Assembly (NCBI GenBank): GCA_963662275.1
Contig: OY759316.1
Coordinates: 2,208,001-2,272,000, forward strand
Direction: 5' to 3'
DNA length: 64,000 bases
Origin: Candidatus Cloacimonadales bacterium
GTDB lineage: Bacteria > Cloacimonadota > Cloacimonadia > Cloacimonadales > DAONDQ01
This document shows, piece after piece, positions 51,901 to 61,176 of this stretch. Each line of letters begins with the position of its first letter. The first letter of the stretch is position 1. Under the pieces are notes generated by a model. It ran no database searches. It was not told where the DNA came from and was given only the letters and a program-made list of their open reading frames with translations. A program made the translations under genes and the position numbers.

Positions 51901-53661
51901 TTACGGATACATTCTTTTTAGAAATCCGTTTAACTGGTCAGAGTCCTGGGCAATCTTGTTAATCAATAATGACTGAACTGTAATTATTTTATCCGCTTTC
52001 TGGCTGACAAATAAGAAGGTCATTTCCACAAGTTCATGATTTTCAGAATCAAGCAAGCTACCTGTTACTTTCACATAATAGGTGTTTGCACTTTCAGAAG
52101 AAGCAATCCAATTAGTATTCGTCAGGATATTATTAATACTGTCACCGATCTTCATGCTGGGATAATTATCAAGATAATGCTCCTTCACATAACCGATAGC
52201 ATCGTCAAGAGTATAAGTTTCCTGTTCTGTCTGCTGATTCTGTTCTTGCTTCAACGAATCAGTCACATCCTGAGGAATGGTTTGATTTGTGGAAAAGAAC
52301 AGGTCATTTTTATCTCGAATATGATGCCAGAAAGCATAACCGGCAATTGCAGCAATGATGAATATAACGAACCAGATCATAAAGCTATTTCCCTGCTTAT
52401 TGTGGACAGTTTGCGGTGAGAAGGAAGAAGCCTGTTTCTGATGCGGTTGTTCTTTTGTTTTTTCCAGGTAAGGATTACCATCATAGTAAATTCGACTTAA
52501 CTCAGCATTGGTTTTGATGGCTTTTTGGAAATAATCTTCAGCAGCAAGATATCTTTCCTGCTTATAATTCAGAAGTCCAAGATAATAGAGTACCTTATCA
52601 TTCCATGGTTGCAATACAAGGGCTTTTGTGAGGAATTCCTGAGCTTCAGGGAAGTGAGACTTTTCCAAGCTGATCATTCCCAAATAATAGTATGCAAGTG
52701 CATTCTCCGGTTCTTTTTCCAGGATGAGCTTAAATATCATGGCAGCTTCATCATGCTTTTGCTGTTGGAATGCATCCTTTGCTTTCACAAACAATTCTGT
52801 AGCAGATTGCATACTGAGGACTGATAAATCTAATCCATTGGAATATGAAAACAACTGTTGCCGGCATTCTACAGCAGTTGCCATACGCTTATCTCGATCT
52901 TTGACCAGTAAACTATTCAATACAGAGAGTGTTTGCTGAGACATCTCGGGTTGAAGTAATCTTGGATCAGTAACATTTCCTTCGGTGATCTCCTTCATGA
53001 GAAGAAAATCACTATCCGTTTTGGAATGATATGGACTTTGCCCAGTAAGCATTTCGTATAAAATAACTCCTAAAGAAAAGAGATCAGCACGACCATCAAT
53101 ATTATCAATTGAAAGTACTTGTTCAGGGGAACGATAGCGGAGACTGTCATTGGATTTATTGATAACAGATAATCGTTTTTCCAGTAATGAGCCAAACCCG
53201 AAGTTAGCCACTTTCACCGAGTCAGTACTACTCACGTAGATATATCTTGGATTTAAAGCTAAATGATAAATGCCATATTTATGAGCTTCAATGAATGCAT
53301 TCAGTATCTGGCTTACAATGATCAGAGCTTTCTGTTCCTGGAACACTTTTTCTTTATCCATCAGTTCTCTTAAGTTTGTTCCATCAGAATAGTCTGTCAC
53401 TAAATAATATTCATTCTTCTCACGAAAGAAAGATTGGAGAGAAAGAATATTAGGATTTGATATCTCTGCCTGACGATTCACTTCTTCAAATAACAGATTG
53501 ATCAAATCGTCATCATGTTCAAACCTGGAAGCTAAAACACGGATGAAGATTTTACGCTGTAAGACGATATCCTCAGCGGAATAGACTTCACCCCATAAAT
53601 CTTCACTTACTTTTTTAACAATCCTAAAATCTCGTATCTTGGAGTTTTCTGTAATTGCCAT
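51901..53661 (-). CDS. Ser/Thr kinase-fold protein (probable pseudokinase) with TPRs, a TM helix and an extracytoplasmic domain
   Basis: YRSPEQ, ADLFSLGVILYEMLTG; TPR helices; TM FMIWFVIFIIAAIAGYAFW. Confidence 0.8.
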   Translation of the reverse strand: MAITENSKIRDFRIVKKVSEDLWGEVYSAEDIVLQRKIFIRVLASRFEHDDDLINLLFEEVNRQAEISNPNILSLQSFFREKNEYYLVTDYSDGTNLRELMDKEKVFQEQKALIIVSQILNAFIEAHKYGIYHLALNPRYIYVSSTDSVKVANFGFGSLLEKRLSVINKSNDSLRYRSPEQVLSIDNIDGRADLFSLGVILYEMLTGQSPYHSKTDSDFLLMKEITEGNVTDPRLLQPEMSQQTLSVLNSLLVKDRDKRMATAVECRQQLFSYSNGLDLSVLSMQSATELFVKAKDAFQQQKHDEAAMIFKLILEKEPENALAYYYLGMISLEKSHFPEAQEFLTKALVLQPWNDKVLYYLGLLNYKQERYLAAEDYFQKAIKTNAELSRIYYDGNPYLEKTKEQPHQKQASSFSPQTVHNKQGNSFMIWFVIFIIAAIAGYAFWHHIRDKNDLFFSTNQTIPQDVTDSLKQEQNQQTEQETYTLDDAIGYVKEHYLDNYPSMKIGDSINNILTNTNWIASSESANTYYVKVTGSLLDSENHELVEMTFLFVSQKADKIITVQSLLINKIAQDSDQLNGFLKRMYP

Positions 53662-53728
53662 CTGATATATCCTTATCTTTCAAGAATAATTAATTCCACG
53701 TAAGTCTATTATACATACATTGTCAATC

Positions 53729-55027
53729 TTATTCGATAAGACGTCCGATAAGAGTACCACCTGTGGCGTCTTCTATTTTAACAGGAATGATAGTTCCAAT
53801 CATCGATTTATCTCCATCTCTGATAACCGTTATCTTGAAATCGTCTGTCTTGCCGGATATATCCTTCTCAGATTTTTTACTGAAATTCTCAACGTAAACT
53901 TCTTTTATTTTGCCTATCTGTTGCTTAAATTTTGTCAGAGTAATGCTATGCTGCAGATTGATCAATTGCTGTAAGCGATTTAACCTTATTTCTTCCGGGA
54001 GATGATCGTCAAATTTGGCTGCTGCTGTCCCCTCCCTGGGAGAATATTTAAATGTAAACGCATAGTCAAAGGCGATTTCTTCCATCATGTGATATGTGTT
54101 CTGGAATTGAGCCTCTGTTTCACCTGGAAAACCTGCAATAATATCTGTCGTAATCCCAATATTCGGGATTGCCTTTCGTAATTTGCTGATTAGACCTAAG
54201 TAATGAGCGGAAGTATATTTACGATTCATCTTTTCTAAAATGACATCATCTCCACTTTGCAATGGGAGATGTATGTGATTGCATATCTTTTTTGTATCAG
54301 CCATAACTTGGATCAACGAATCGGATAAATCCTTGGGATGTGATGTCACAAATCTCAATCTCCACACTGATTCCAGGTTATTAATCTCTGACATTAATCG
54401 AGGGAAATCAATTCCTTGATAATTATATGAATTCACATTCTGACCTAAGAGAGTGATATCTCTGAAACCTGCCTTTGCAGCTTGATCTACTTCCATCAAG
54501 ATATCATCCAAGGGGCGGGATCGCTCTCTACCTCTTACATAAGGAACGATACAATAGGAGCAGAAGTTGTTGCATCCGCGCATAATCGTAATAAAGCCAC
54601 AAAGACCTTGTTTCCTGATAGGATAGATACTTTCATAAATTTCCAATTCATCAAGCTCAGTAAGAACCGCATGACCGGGGTGTTCCCCAAGTATTAATTC
54701 AGGAAGATGCTCATATTGATCAACACCGGCAACTATATCTATACCGGTCTTCATTGCTAACAGCTTCTCACCTAATCTTTGTGCCATGCAGCCAATCACA
54801 CCAATCTTCAGATTTGGCTTGGAAGATTTACGTGATTGTTCATTAGAAATCCGTCCAATCACACGATCTTCTGCATGTTGACGTACAGAACAGGTATTAA
54901 ATAAAATAACATCCGCATCATCTATCGTTTCTGCCTGAATGAAACCAGCCCTGATTAAGATGGATGCAACAAGTTCACTATCGGATACATTCATTTGGCA
55001 ACCGTAAGTTTCAATGTAAAAATTCAT
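53729..55027 (-). CDS. miaB: tRNA methylthiotransferase MiaB
   Basis: TYGCQMN, NTCSVR, GCNNFCSYC, FPGETE, C-terminal TRAM domain. Confidence 0.95.
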   Translation of the reverse strand: MNFYIETYGCQMNVSDSELVASILIRAGFIQAETIDDADVILFNTCSVRQHAEDRVIGRISNEQSRKSSKPNLKIGVIGCMAQRLGEKLLAMKTGIDIVAGVDQYEHLPELILGEHPGHAVLTELDELEIYESIYPIRKQGLCGFITIMRGCNNFCSYCIVPYVRGRERSRPLDDILMEVDQAAKAGFRDITLLGQNVNSYNYQGIDFPRLMSEINNLESVWRLRFVTSHPKDLSDSLIQVMADTKKICNHIHLPLQSGDDVILEKMNRKYTSAHYLGLISKLRKAIPNIGITTDIIAGFPGETEAQFQNTYHMMEEIAFDYAFTFKYSPREGTAAAKFDDHLPEEIRLNRLQQLINLQHSITLTKFKQQIGKIKEVYVENFSKKSEKDISGKTDDFKITVIRDGDKSMIGTIIPVKIEDATGGTLIGRLIE

Positions 55028-55191
55028 AGCCTCCCCTAATTATAATCTATTGGGTTATTCCAGGTTAGTAGCCTCAAAGGTCAATGATTTTTTCATCTTA
55101 TGATATGTATTATTAAAAATTGATAGACAGCACAGCACTGACTATTATATTGAAATTTAGAAAAATATTTCTATACATGGATGGAATTTAA

Positions 55192-56094
55192 ATGGATTGG
55201 AAAGAACTGGAATTATCTGACAAAGATCTAATCAATAGTTATTTTAAAAATAGTATCAGTGAAGCTTCAGAATTAACATTTACAAATCTCTTTCTCTGGC
55301 GAGCTGGTTATGATATCCAGTATAAAATCATCGAAGGAATGTTATGCATCAGGCATGTCGACATTATGAGACAACCCTTACTGTTCATTCCCTTGGGTTG
55401 TAGTTCCACTGCTAACGTATGCGGTTTGGTAATTAGTGAATTAATGAAGGAATGGAATACCAGGACTTTTCCTCTTATTTTATCTCCATTAACCAAGCAA
55501 CAGGCTGATACAATCATGAACTCCTTTCCTGGTAAATTTGATTTTTACGAAGAATCAACTAGTTCTGATTATATATACTCAATTCCCGAACTTATTAATT
55601 TACAGGGAAGGAAATTTCATAATAAAAAAAATATGGTTAATCGCTTCAAACGTGATCATGGATTTGAATACCTCCCTATCACTTCTGATATCATAGATGA
55701 TGTTGTGACTGCTGCAGAAGAGTGGTGTGAGATTAAGGATTGTGAAAACTATATTGAGCTGGAACATGAGAAAGAAGGTATCTTTGAGTGTTTGGAGAAT
55801 TTCCAGAAGCTTGATTGTGATGGTGGTGTTATCAGAATTGATGGAAAGATTATTGCATTCACTTTTGGAGAAGCATTAACTGATAATATGGCTGTTATTC
55901 ATATTGAGAAAGCTGATCCTCGTATTATCGGATCATACCAGATCATCAATCAGCAATATCTCGCCCATAGATGGTCAGGATACAAATGGGTAAATCGTGA
56001 AGGTGATATGGGTATCGAGGGTTTACAGCAAGCTAAATTGTCCTATAATCCTGTAAGAATGATTCGCAAGTATTCTTTAAAACAAAAAAGATAA
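55192..56094 (+). CDS. DUF2156 family protein (aminoacyl-transferase-like GNAT fold)
   Basis: 'FTNLFLW', 'DYIY..L.GRKFHNKKN..NRF', 'HIEKA', 'NREGDMGIEGL..AKLSY.P'. Confidence 0.85.
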   Translation: MDWKELELSDKDLINSYFKNSISEASELTFTNLFLWRAGYDIQYKIIEGMLCIRHVDIMRQPLLFIPLGCSSTANVCGLVISELMKEWNTRTFPLILSPLTKQQADTIMNSFPGKFDFYEESTSSDYIYSIPELINLQGRKFHNKKNMVNRFKRDHGFEYLPITSDIIDDVVTAAEEWCEIKDCENYIELEHEKEGIFECLENFQKLDCDGGVIRIDGKIIAFTFGEALTDNMAVIHIEKADPRIIGSYQIINQQYLAHRWSGYKWVNREGDMGIEGLQQAKLSYNPVRMIRKYSLKQKR

Positions 56095-56148
56095 TAGAAT
56101 ACAATTTATTAAATCTGTTACAAAGCGATATTAATTAATAACTATAAA

Positions 56149-56937
56149 TTACGATCTATTCCAAAGACTGTTGAAAATCTCTAAAGGTTTAATAATGTCT
56201 TCAAGAATATCCGGACTGATCGTCTGCGATGCGTCACAAACAGCCTGATCAGGATCAATCTCAGTCTCAATGATTAATCCATCGGCACCAGCTGCGAGAG
56301 CTCCCCAACTCATCGATTTAATCAATTCACGATCACCGCTGCTATGAGATGGATCAACAATTACCGGAAATCGACTCAGGTTATGAGCAATTGGTATGGC
56401 AGCCAAATCAAGAGTAAAACGTGTTTTAGGTTCAAATGATCGAATACCTCGTTCACAAAGAATAATGTTCATATTTCCATTTTCAGAAATATATTCAGCA
56501 GCGTGGAGCCACTCCTGGATAGTACTGCCCATGCCTCTTTTCAGAATAATAGGATTATGGATTCTACCCAGCTTTTCTAAGAGAGGATAATTGTTCATGC
56601 TTCTTGTACCTACCAGGAGTATATCAATTTTACCGGACATGATATCAATATGATCAGAATCTATAATTTCGGAAACTGTGACCATATTCAATTCCTGCCC
56701 TACTCGATGAAGAATTTCAATTCCTTCATCACCTAACCCCCGAAAGCTATCACGCGAAGTGCGTAATTTGTATGCACCTCCCCGTAAAATACCAATTCCC
56801 ATTTGCTTCAATATTTTGGCAGTAGCTAACAAACGAGGGTAGTCAGATATTGTACATGGTCCAGCTATGATCTGAACTGGTGAAGTTCCAAATTCAATCC
56901 CCTTGATTCTTATATTTTTTTTATTATCATCTATCAT
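56149..56937 (-). CDS. Type Ibeta DAHP synthase family enzyme, catalytic barrel only, divergent
   Basis: IAGPC, RGGAYKLRTS, LKRG, LCERGIRSFE, DPSH. Confidence 0.8.
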   Translation of the reverse strand: MIDDNKKNIRIKGIEFGTSPVQIIAGPCTISDYPRLLATAKILKQMGIGILRGGAYKLRTSRDSFRGLGDEGIEILHRVGQELNMVTVSEIIDSDHIDIMSGKIDILLVGTRSMNNYPLLEKLGRIHNPIILKRGMGSTIQEWLHAAEYISENGNMNIILCERGIRSFEPKTRFTLDLAAIPIAHNLSRFPVIVDPSHSSGDRELIKSMSWGALAAGADGLIIETEIDPDQAVCDASQTISPDILEDIIKPLEIFNSLWNRS

Positions 56938-57142
56938 TCAAACCTCTTTTATAAAATCACATTGAAATTGGTTAAAATTACACAAAATACATCAATGAGA
57001 ATTATTTAGAGAAAAAGCTCAGTAAACTTGTCAATGATTATTGAGAAAGGATGATATTAATCATAAATTGTGGTTATGATTTATACGTTGATATAATTCA
57101 TCCTCAAGATGAAAAACATCGAAATGTAGAATTATTTAATAA

Positions 57143-57340
57143 TTAGAAGAATCTAGCTGATAACTCGCAGCCGGCACAACTGCCATTTGTCAAATATCCT
57201 TTTGGTGAAACGACTTGTGTCTGTCCCACAGATTTGGAAATATGATCATCATTATCATTGGTTTTTGAAATCAGGATTGAACTGTCACTTACAAATCCAC
57301 CATAACCAAGAGTATTAAGCATATCACTGATTGTTCCCAT
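57143..57340 (-). CDS. 65-aa peptide, candidate RiPP precursor
   Basis: GGGAG RBS 5 nt before the ATG, ~20 nt after the rSAM stop; C-terminus NGSCAGCELSARFF. Confidence 0.55.
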   Translation of the reverse strand: MGTISDMLNTLGYGGFVSDSSILISKTNDNDDHISKSVGQTQVVSPKGYLTNGSCAGCELSARFF

Positions 57341-57361
57341 AACAACTCCCAATAAAATATT

Positions 57362-58888
57362 TTAGTTTGAAATTCTGCGTTTCATATTGTTATAAATATG
57401 AGTATAAGAACGATTTGGTTCTAGCTGCTTTTCATGAATGTTATCCCAATAAGGACAACGATAATCTGGAAAATCTTCTCGCTTAAATTTTTTCAGTGAT
57501 TCTCTCCAGCATCTGCCTTTTTGCTGTGTACAATTCATAAATAGAGCTTCATCACAATAACTGCAAGGACTATCAAGTGGCATCGCACTTTGCTGTGGAG
57601 TGATGATATTCCATCTCTCCGGTGAATCGAAAACCTCAAGTAAGGTTTGTTTTTTTAAATCACCTATCATATATTTAGGATTCCAATATAGCTCTTCACA
57701 ACAGGTTACTTTACCATCTGGAAGGATAATAATACCTGATCTGCCACCATTACAATTTTTTCTGTTCAGATATTCTGTTTCATTTAATTGAAAGTTCTTT
57801 CCTACCCATATCGGATCTTCGTTAAATTTCAGGAAAATATCCTGATCCTGGAAGATACTTTTTGTAATATGAAGCTGGTGTAAGTATTCTGGAATATCAT
57901 CTTCATGCAGCATAATCGATTCCATCCCCTCTTTGTACAGGGAGAATTCAGCAGCATCTATGGCAATTCGATAAATGTTGCTGTATACGGCTAGTTGCTG
58001 CATGGTAACGTAAATATCATGATAATTCAATCGTGTCTGTATACTATTAATCGAAAGTTTTAAGCCAACTTTTTCTGCAGTTTCGATGGATGTGATTAAT
58101 TGCCTTTTATATTCTTCCGGATTATTAATCTGTAGAATTTTTCCCAAATGATCTGAATCGAAAGTATCTAAACTAATCTGATAACTTCTAAATCCCAGTT
58201 CCAACAAATATTGTTGATCAGCAATACTTAATGGTGTTTTCGTTGGTAACTCAGGATAATAATGATAGTAAGCAAGGATAGCTACCAAATCCTTCCAGTG
58301 CGGATACTGAAAAATATCGCCCCCCGATACGGAGATATCTTTTGCTCTATATATGGTAGCTGCATCATATATAATTTTTTCCCATTGATCCATCGATAAC
58401 GGTTCATAAACAAAATTCTTATCAGCATAACAATAACAGCAATTCACTTTACAATTCATGTTAGGTATGAGCAAAAAAGTATTTGGATAAAATAAATAAT
58501 TCGTGGTCATATCGAATTCGTTAATCCGATTTAAATCAGGCAGGATTTCTGAAAGATCATATTGTCGATTCTTGATCGGTAAGGGATATGGACTCGAAGA
58601 ATAATAAACTTCAAGACATCCAGAGAGGAGTTCATCAAAATTATGAAAATCACTTTTGTTCAATTTAAAGTATTCAGAAACAAATTGAACAATCGTCCGA
58701 TAATCTCTCGTTCCATCCATAAGATACAAAGCAGTAGCTAAATCAGGACTTAAAGCTGTAAAAGGGATCACATGATCTTCTGATTTTATCATATATTCAT
58801 GCTGTCGATCCCGAAAATAGATAATAGTCCTTTTCTTATCGGATCGTAAGATTACATTGTCTTTAGTATGTAAATAACCTGATTTCAT
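57362..58888 (-). CDS. Radical SAM/SPASM domain protein with N-terminal extension (possible RRE)
   Basis: CKVNCCYC, SGGD, SPASM-like CNGG..ILPDGKVTCC..IGD..CSYC..C..GRC..CP. Confidence 0.88.
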   Translation of the reverse strand: MKSGYLHTKDNVILRSDKKRTIIYFRDRQHEYMIKSEDHVIPFTALSPDLATALYLMDGTRDYRTIVQFVSEYFKLNKSDFHNFDELLSGCLEVYYSSSPYPLPIKNRQYDLSEILPDLNRINEFDMTTNYLFYPNTFLLIPNMNCKVNCCYCYADKNFVYEPLSMDQWEKIIYDAATIYRAKDISVSGGDIFQYPHWKDLVAILAYYHYYPELPTKTPLSIADQQYLLELGFRSYQISLDTFDSDHLGKILQINNPEEYKRQLITSIETAEKVGLKLSINSIQTRLNYHDIYVTMQQLAVYSNIYRIAIDAAEFSLYKEGMESIMLHEDDIPEYLHQLHITKSIFQDQDIFLKFNEDPIWVGKNFQLNETEYLNRKNCNGGRSGIIILPDGKVTCCEELYWNPKYMIGDLKKQTLLEVFDSPERWNIITPQQSAMPLDSPCSYCDEALFMNCTQQKGRCWRESLKKFKREDFPDYRCPYWDNIHEKQLEPNRSYTHIYNNMKRRISN

Positions 58889-59022
58889 TTTTCTCCATTT
58901 TAGTCTGTACGAAAATGAATTCAGTTTTAAATAAAAATGGTGGATATCCAGGGGATATGAAAACTACTCGTCGCGGAGAGCAATAAACACGGCTGTACTT
59001 TCGAATATCCACCATAATTTAT

Positions 59023-59223
59023 TTATTTCTGGAGTTTTACGATGTACGTTTTGCCTTCAACGACAACGACTAGATAATCACTTCCTTCATAGATAGTACG
59101 TGCTACTACCTTCTTGATATCGCCTTCAAAAATTGGAATACTTTCTTCAGCCCATAGCTTGGAAATAACCGATACGGTTGTGAGCATATAGCTCAAACTT
59201 AGAAATACAAATATCTTTTTCAT
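59023..59223 (-). CDS. 66-aa exported small protein
   Basis: GGAGG RBS; MKK + hydrophobic stretch ending LWA. Confidence 0.7.
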   Translation of the reverse strand: MKKIFVFLSLSYMLTTVSVISKLWAEESIPIFEGDIKKVVARTIYEGSDYLVVVVEGKTYIVKLQK

Positions 59224-59262
59224 ATAACCTCCACTATTTATATAGTGGAGGTTATATGAAAA
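59217..59262. promoter_or_regulatory. Perfect 21-bp hairpin covering the RBS and start codon of the 66-aa gene
   Basis: TTTTCATATAACCTCCACTAT-ttat-ATAGTGGAGGTTATATGAAAA. Confidence 0.75.
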
Positions 59263-59290
59263 GTTGGTGGACAGCTTGTATGTAATTGCT

Positions 59291-60208
59291 TTATTTTCGG
59301 TACTTTAAAAGATCTTCAGTCTCTTCCCTCGAAAGCTCTAATTTGCCTTTATCCAGGAAACTATCTAAAGTAAACTCGGTATTATCTGCCTCAATCATTA
59401 CAAGACTCGCCTCGAAAATGTGCAGAACATGAAGATAGTTCTTTTTATCGAAGTTGATTAAGAAAATAGGCATTTTCACTTGCGCATCAAATGTAATACA
59501 AACAAGAGATAGACGATAATTATCTTCCTGGTATCCAATAGACCATTCGCGACATTCTGCAATATCGCTAAAAATTGTTTGAACTTCCTCTGGGTTAATA
59601 CCTCTCAGATAGTTATTCAGATTTGTAATTGTCTTTTCCTCAACCGATTTCACAATTGTCCTGATAAATCTGGTTATGTTATTAAATTGCGCGAAATTAA
59701 GGACTTTTGTGCTATACCTCCATCCTTCATTCCAAAGTACATAGGAGAGAAGATTCCTTTTTATTCTTTTCTTTTGAAATGAGGCTGTATTATAACTCAG
59801 TTTTTCTTTTTCAGAATATTTTAGAATATTGAAATCAAGTTTTTTAAACTTTTGATATATTTTAAAATCTTCAACTGATAGAGCTTTTCTCACAAGTTTA
59901 TCATCTACCTTGGGAAGTGCTTCCGAATCATCATCAACTACTTTTGCAGGTTGAGGACTAGAAAATTTATTAATCGTGATATCATTATTTCTTTTAGCCT
60001 CTTCCAATTGATGCAAAGCTTCACGTTTCACAACTGTACGTAGCCAAGCGTAAGGACTGGTTACTTCTGTCTTCGATGAAATTAATTGCAGCATGGCGTT
60101 TTGGGCGATATCATAAGCTGAATCTTCATAACCTATGAATTTATAGGCAATACTCAGAGAGTATTTATACAGATCTTTGTAATCATTTTCCTGTAAAATT
60201 ATACTCAT
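59291..60208 (-). CDS. ECF-like sigma-70 factor with long C-terminal extension
   Basis: Region-2-like 'AYDIAQNAMLQL..YAWLRTVVKREAL', region-4-like helices, ~150 extra residues. Confidence 0.65.
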   Translation of the reverse strand: MSIILQENDYKDLYKYSLSIAYKFIGYEDSAYDIAQNAMLQLISSKTEVTSPYAWLRTVVKREALHQLEEAKRNNDITINKFSSPQPAKVVDDDSEALPKVDDKLVRKALSVEDFKIYQKFKKLDFNILKYSEKEKLSYNTASFQKKRIKRNLLSYVLWNEGWRYSTKVLNFAQFNNITRFIRTIVKSVEEKTITNLNNYLRGINPEEVQTIFSDIAECREWSIGYQEDNYRLSLVCITFDAQVKMPIFLINFDKKNYLHVLHIFEASLVMIEADNTEFTLDSFLDKGKLELSREETEDLLKYRK

Positions 60209-60714
60209 ACTACCACCTGCATTTTTTTAGAAACATTTATAAAGCATAAACACTGTCAAGAGTTTTTTATAAATCATATATGTGTATTTAAATTTTTAAA
60301 AAGCAGCTTGATAATGTAAAGTGATTAGCAATGTATAGTGAATTATGATTTTTATGAAGAATAACACTATTTTATTGAATAGAATGATGAAATTTATCTG
60401 ACTCTTTGCTTACACAAGTATTATTAGGATGTCTATTTCGCAATTCGCTCTCGATCAATAATCGCTTTATCAATACTAATTTGAAGAACTGATTCCAGGC
60501 TCATAGAAAACCTCCGCAGGTAAGGGGTAATTAGATTTTAAATGCACTATTTAGTTGAATTGAATTTAATGAAAATAGATGCTGCCGGTGAATTGGTCAA
60601 TGTAGTAGGAGATGCTATGGAATTGGTAGAGACTTGCCTGAAAATCTTTTTGCATTGATCAATTTGTAACGGATGTGTTTTCCTGCTATATTCTGAAGTT
60701 TGTAACTTTATGGC

Positions 60715-61176
60715 TCGTAATATAGAGTGGTATTCTGTTATATGAGGGGATTGGTAATCCCTGATAGAATCTTCATCCGATAATACCATTATCAAATACA
60801 ACACATTGCCAATGTATGCCACGCACAGTCGTAACATAAAGTGGTACTTTGTTGTATGAGTGAATTGGTAATCCCCGATTTCCTTTCATCATTGTTAACT
60901 GGCAATAACTGAATAAAGAAGAATCCGACAATACCATTGTCTTATACAACAGTTTATCAAACTATGTTACGGACGTCGTAACATAAAGTGGTACTTTGTT
61001 GTATGAGTGGATTGGTAATCCCCGACTCCCTTCTGCTTTCATATTAGCTGGTAATCTCCGATAGAATCTTCATCCGATAATACCATTATCGAATACAACA
61101 CATTACCAATGTATGCCACGACTCAGATTCCGACAATACTATTGTCTCATACAACAGTTTACCAAACTATGTTACG
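60715..61176. repeat. Array of imperfect palindromic elements (REP/MITE-like)
   Basis: Left arm TCGTAA(C/T)ATA..GTGGTA..TGTT(G/A)TATGAG..ATTGGTAATCCC at 60715, 60829, 60976; right arms CCGA(T/C)AATAC..ATACAACA..TATG(TT/CC)ACG ending at 60823, 60971, ~61120, 61176. Confidence 0.85.

Noticed and set aside
60547..60837. 96-aa ORF
   Set aside because: Starts inside the repeat array with no RBS or recognisable motifs
60715..61176. Integron attC sites or CRISPR
   Set aside because: Ends (CGTAAC/GTTACG) do not fit RYYYAAC/GTTRRRY, there are no cassette ORFs between units, spacing is irregular and no integrase is present
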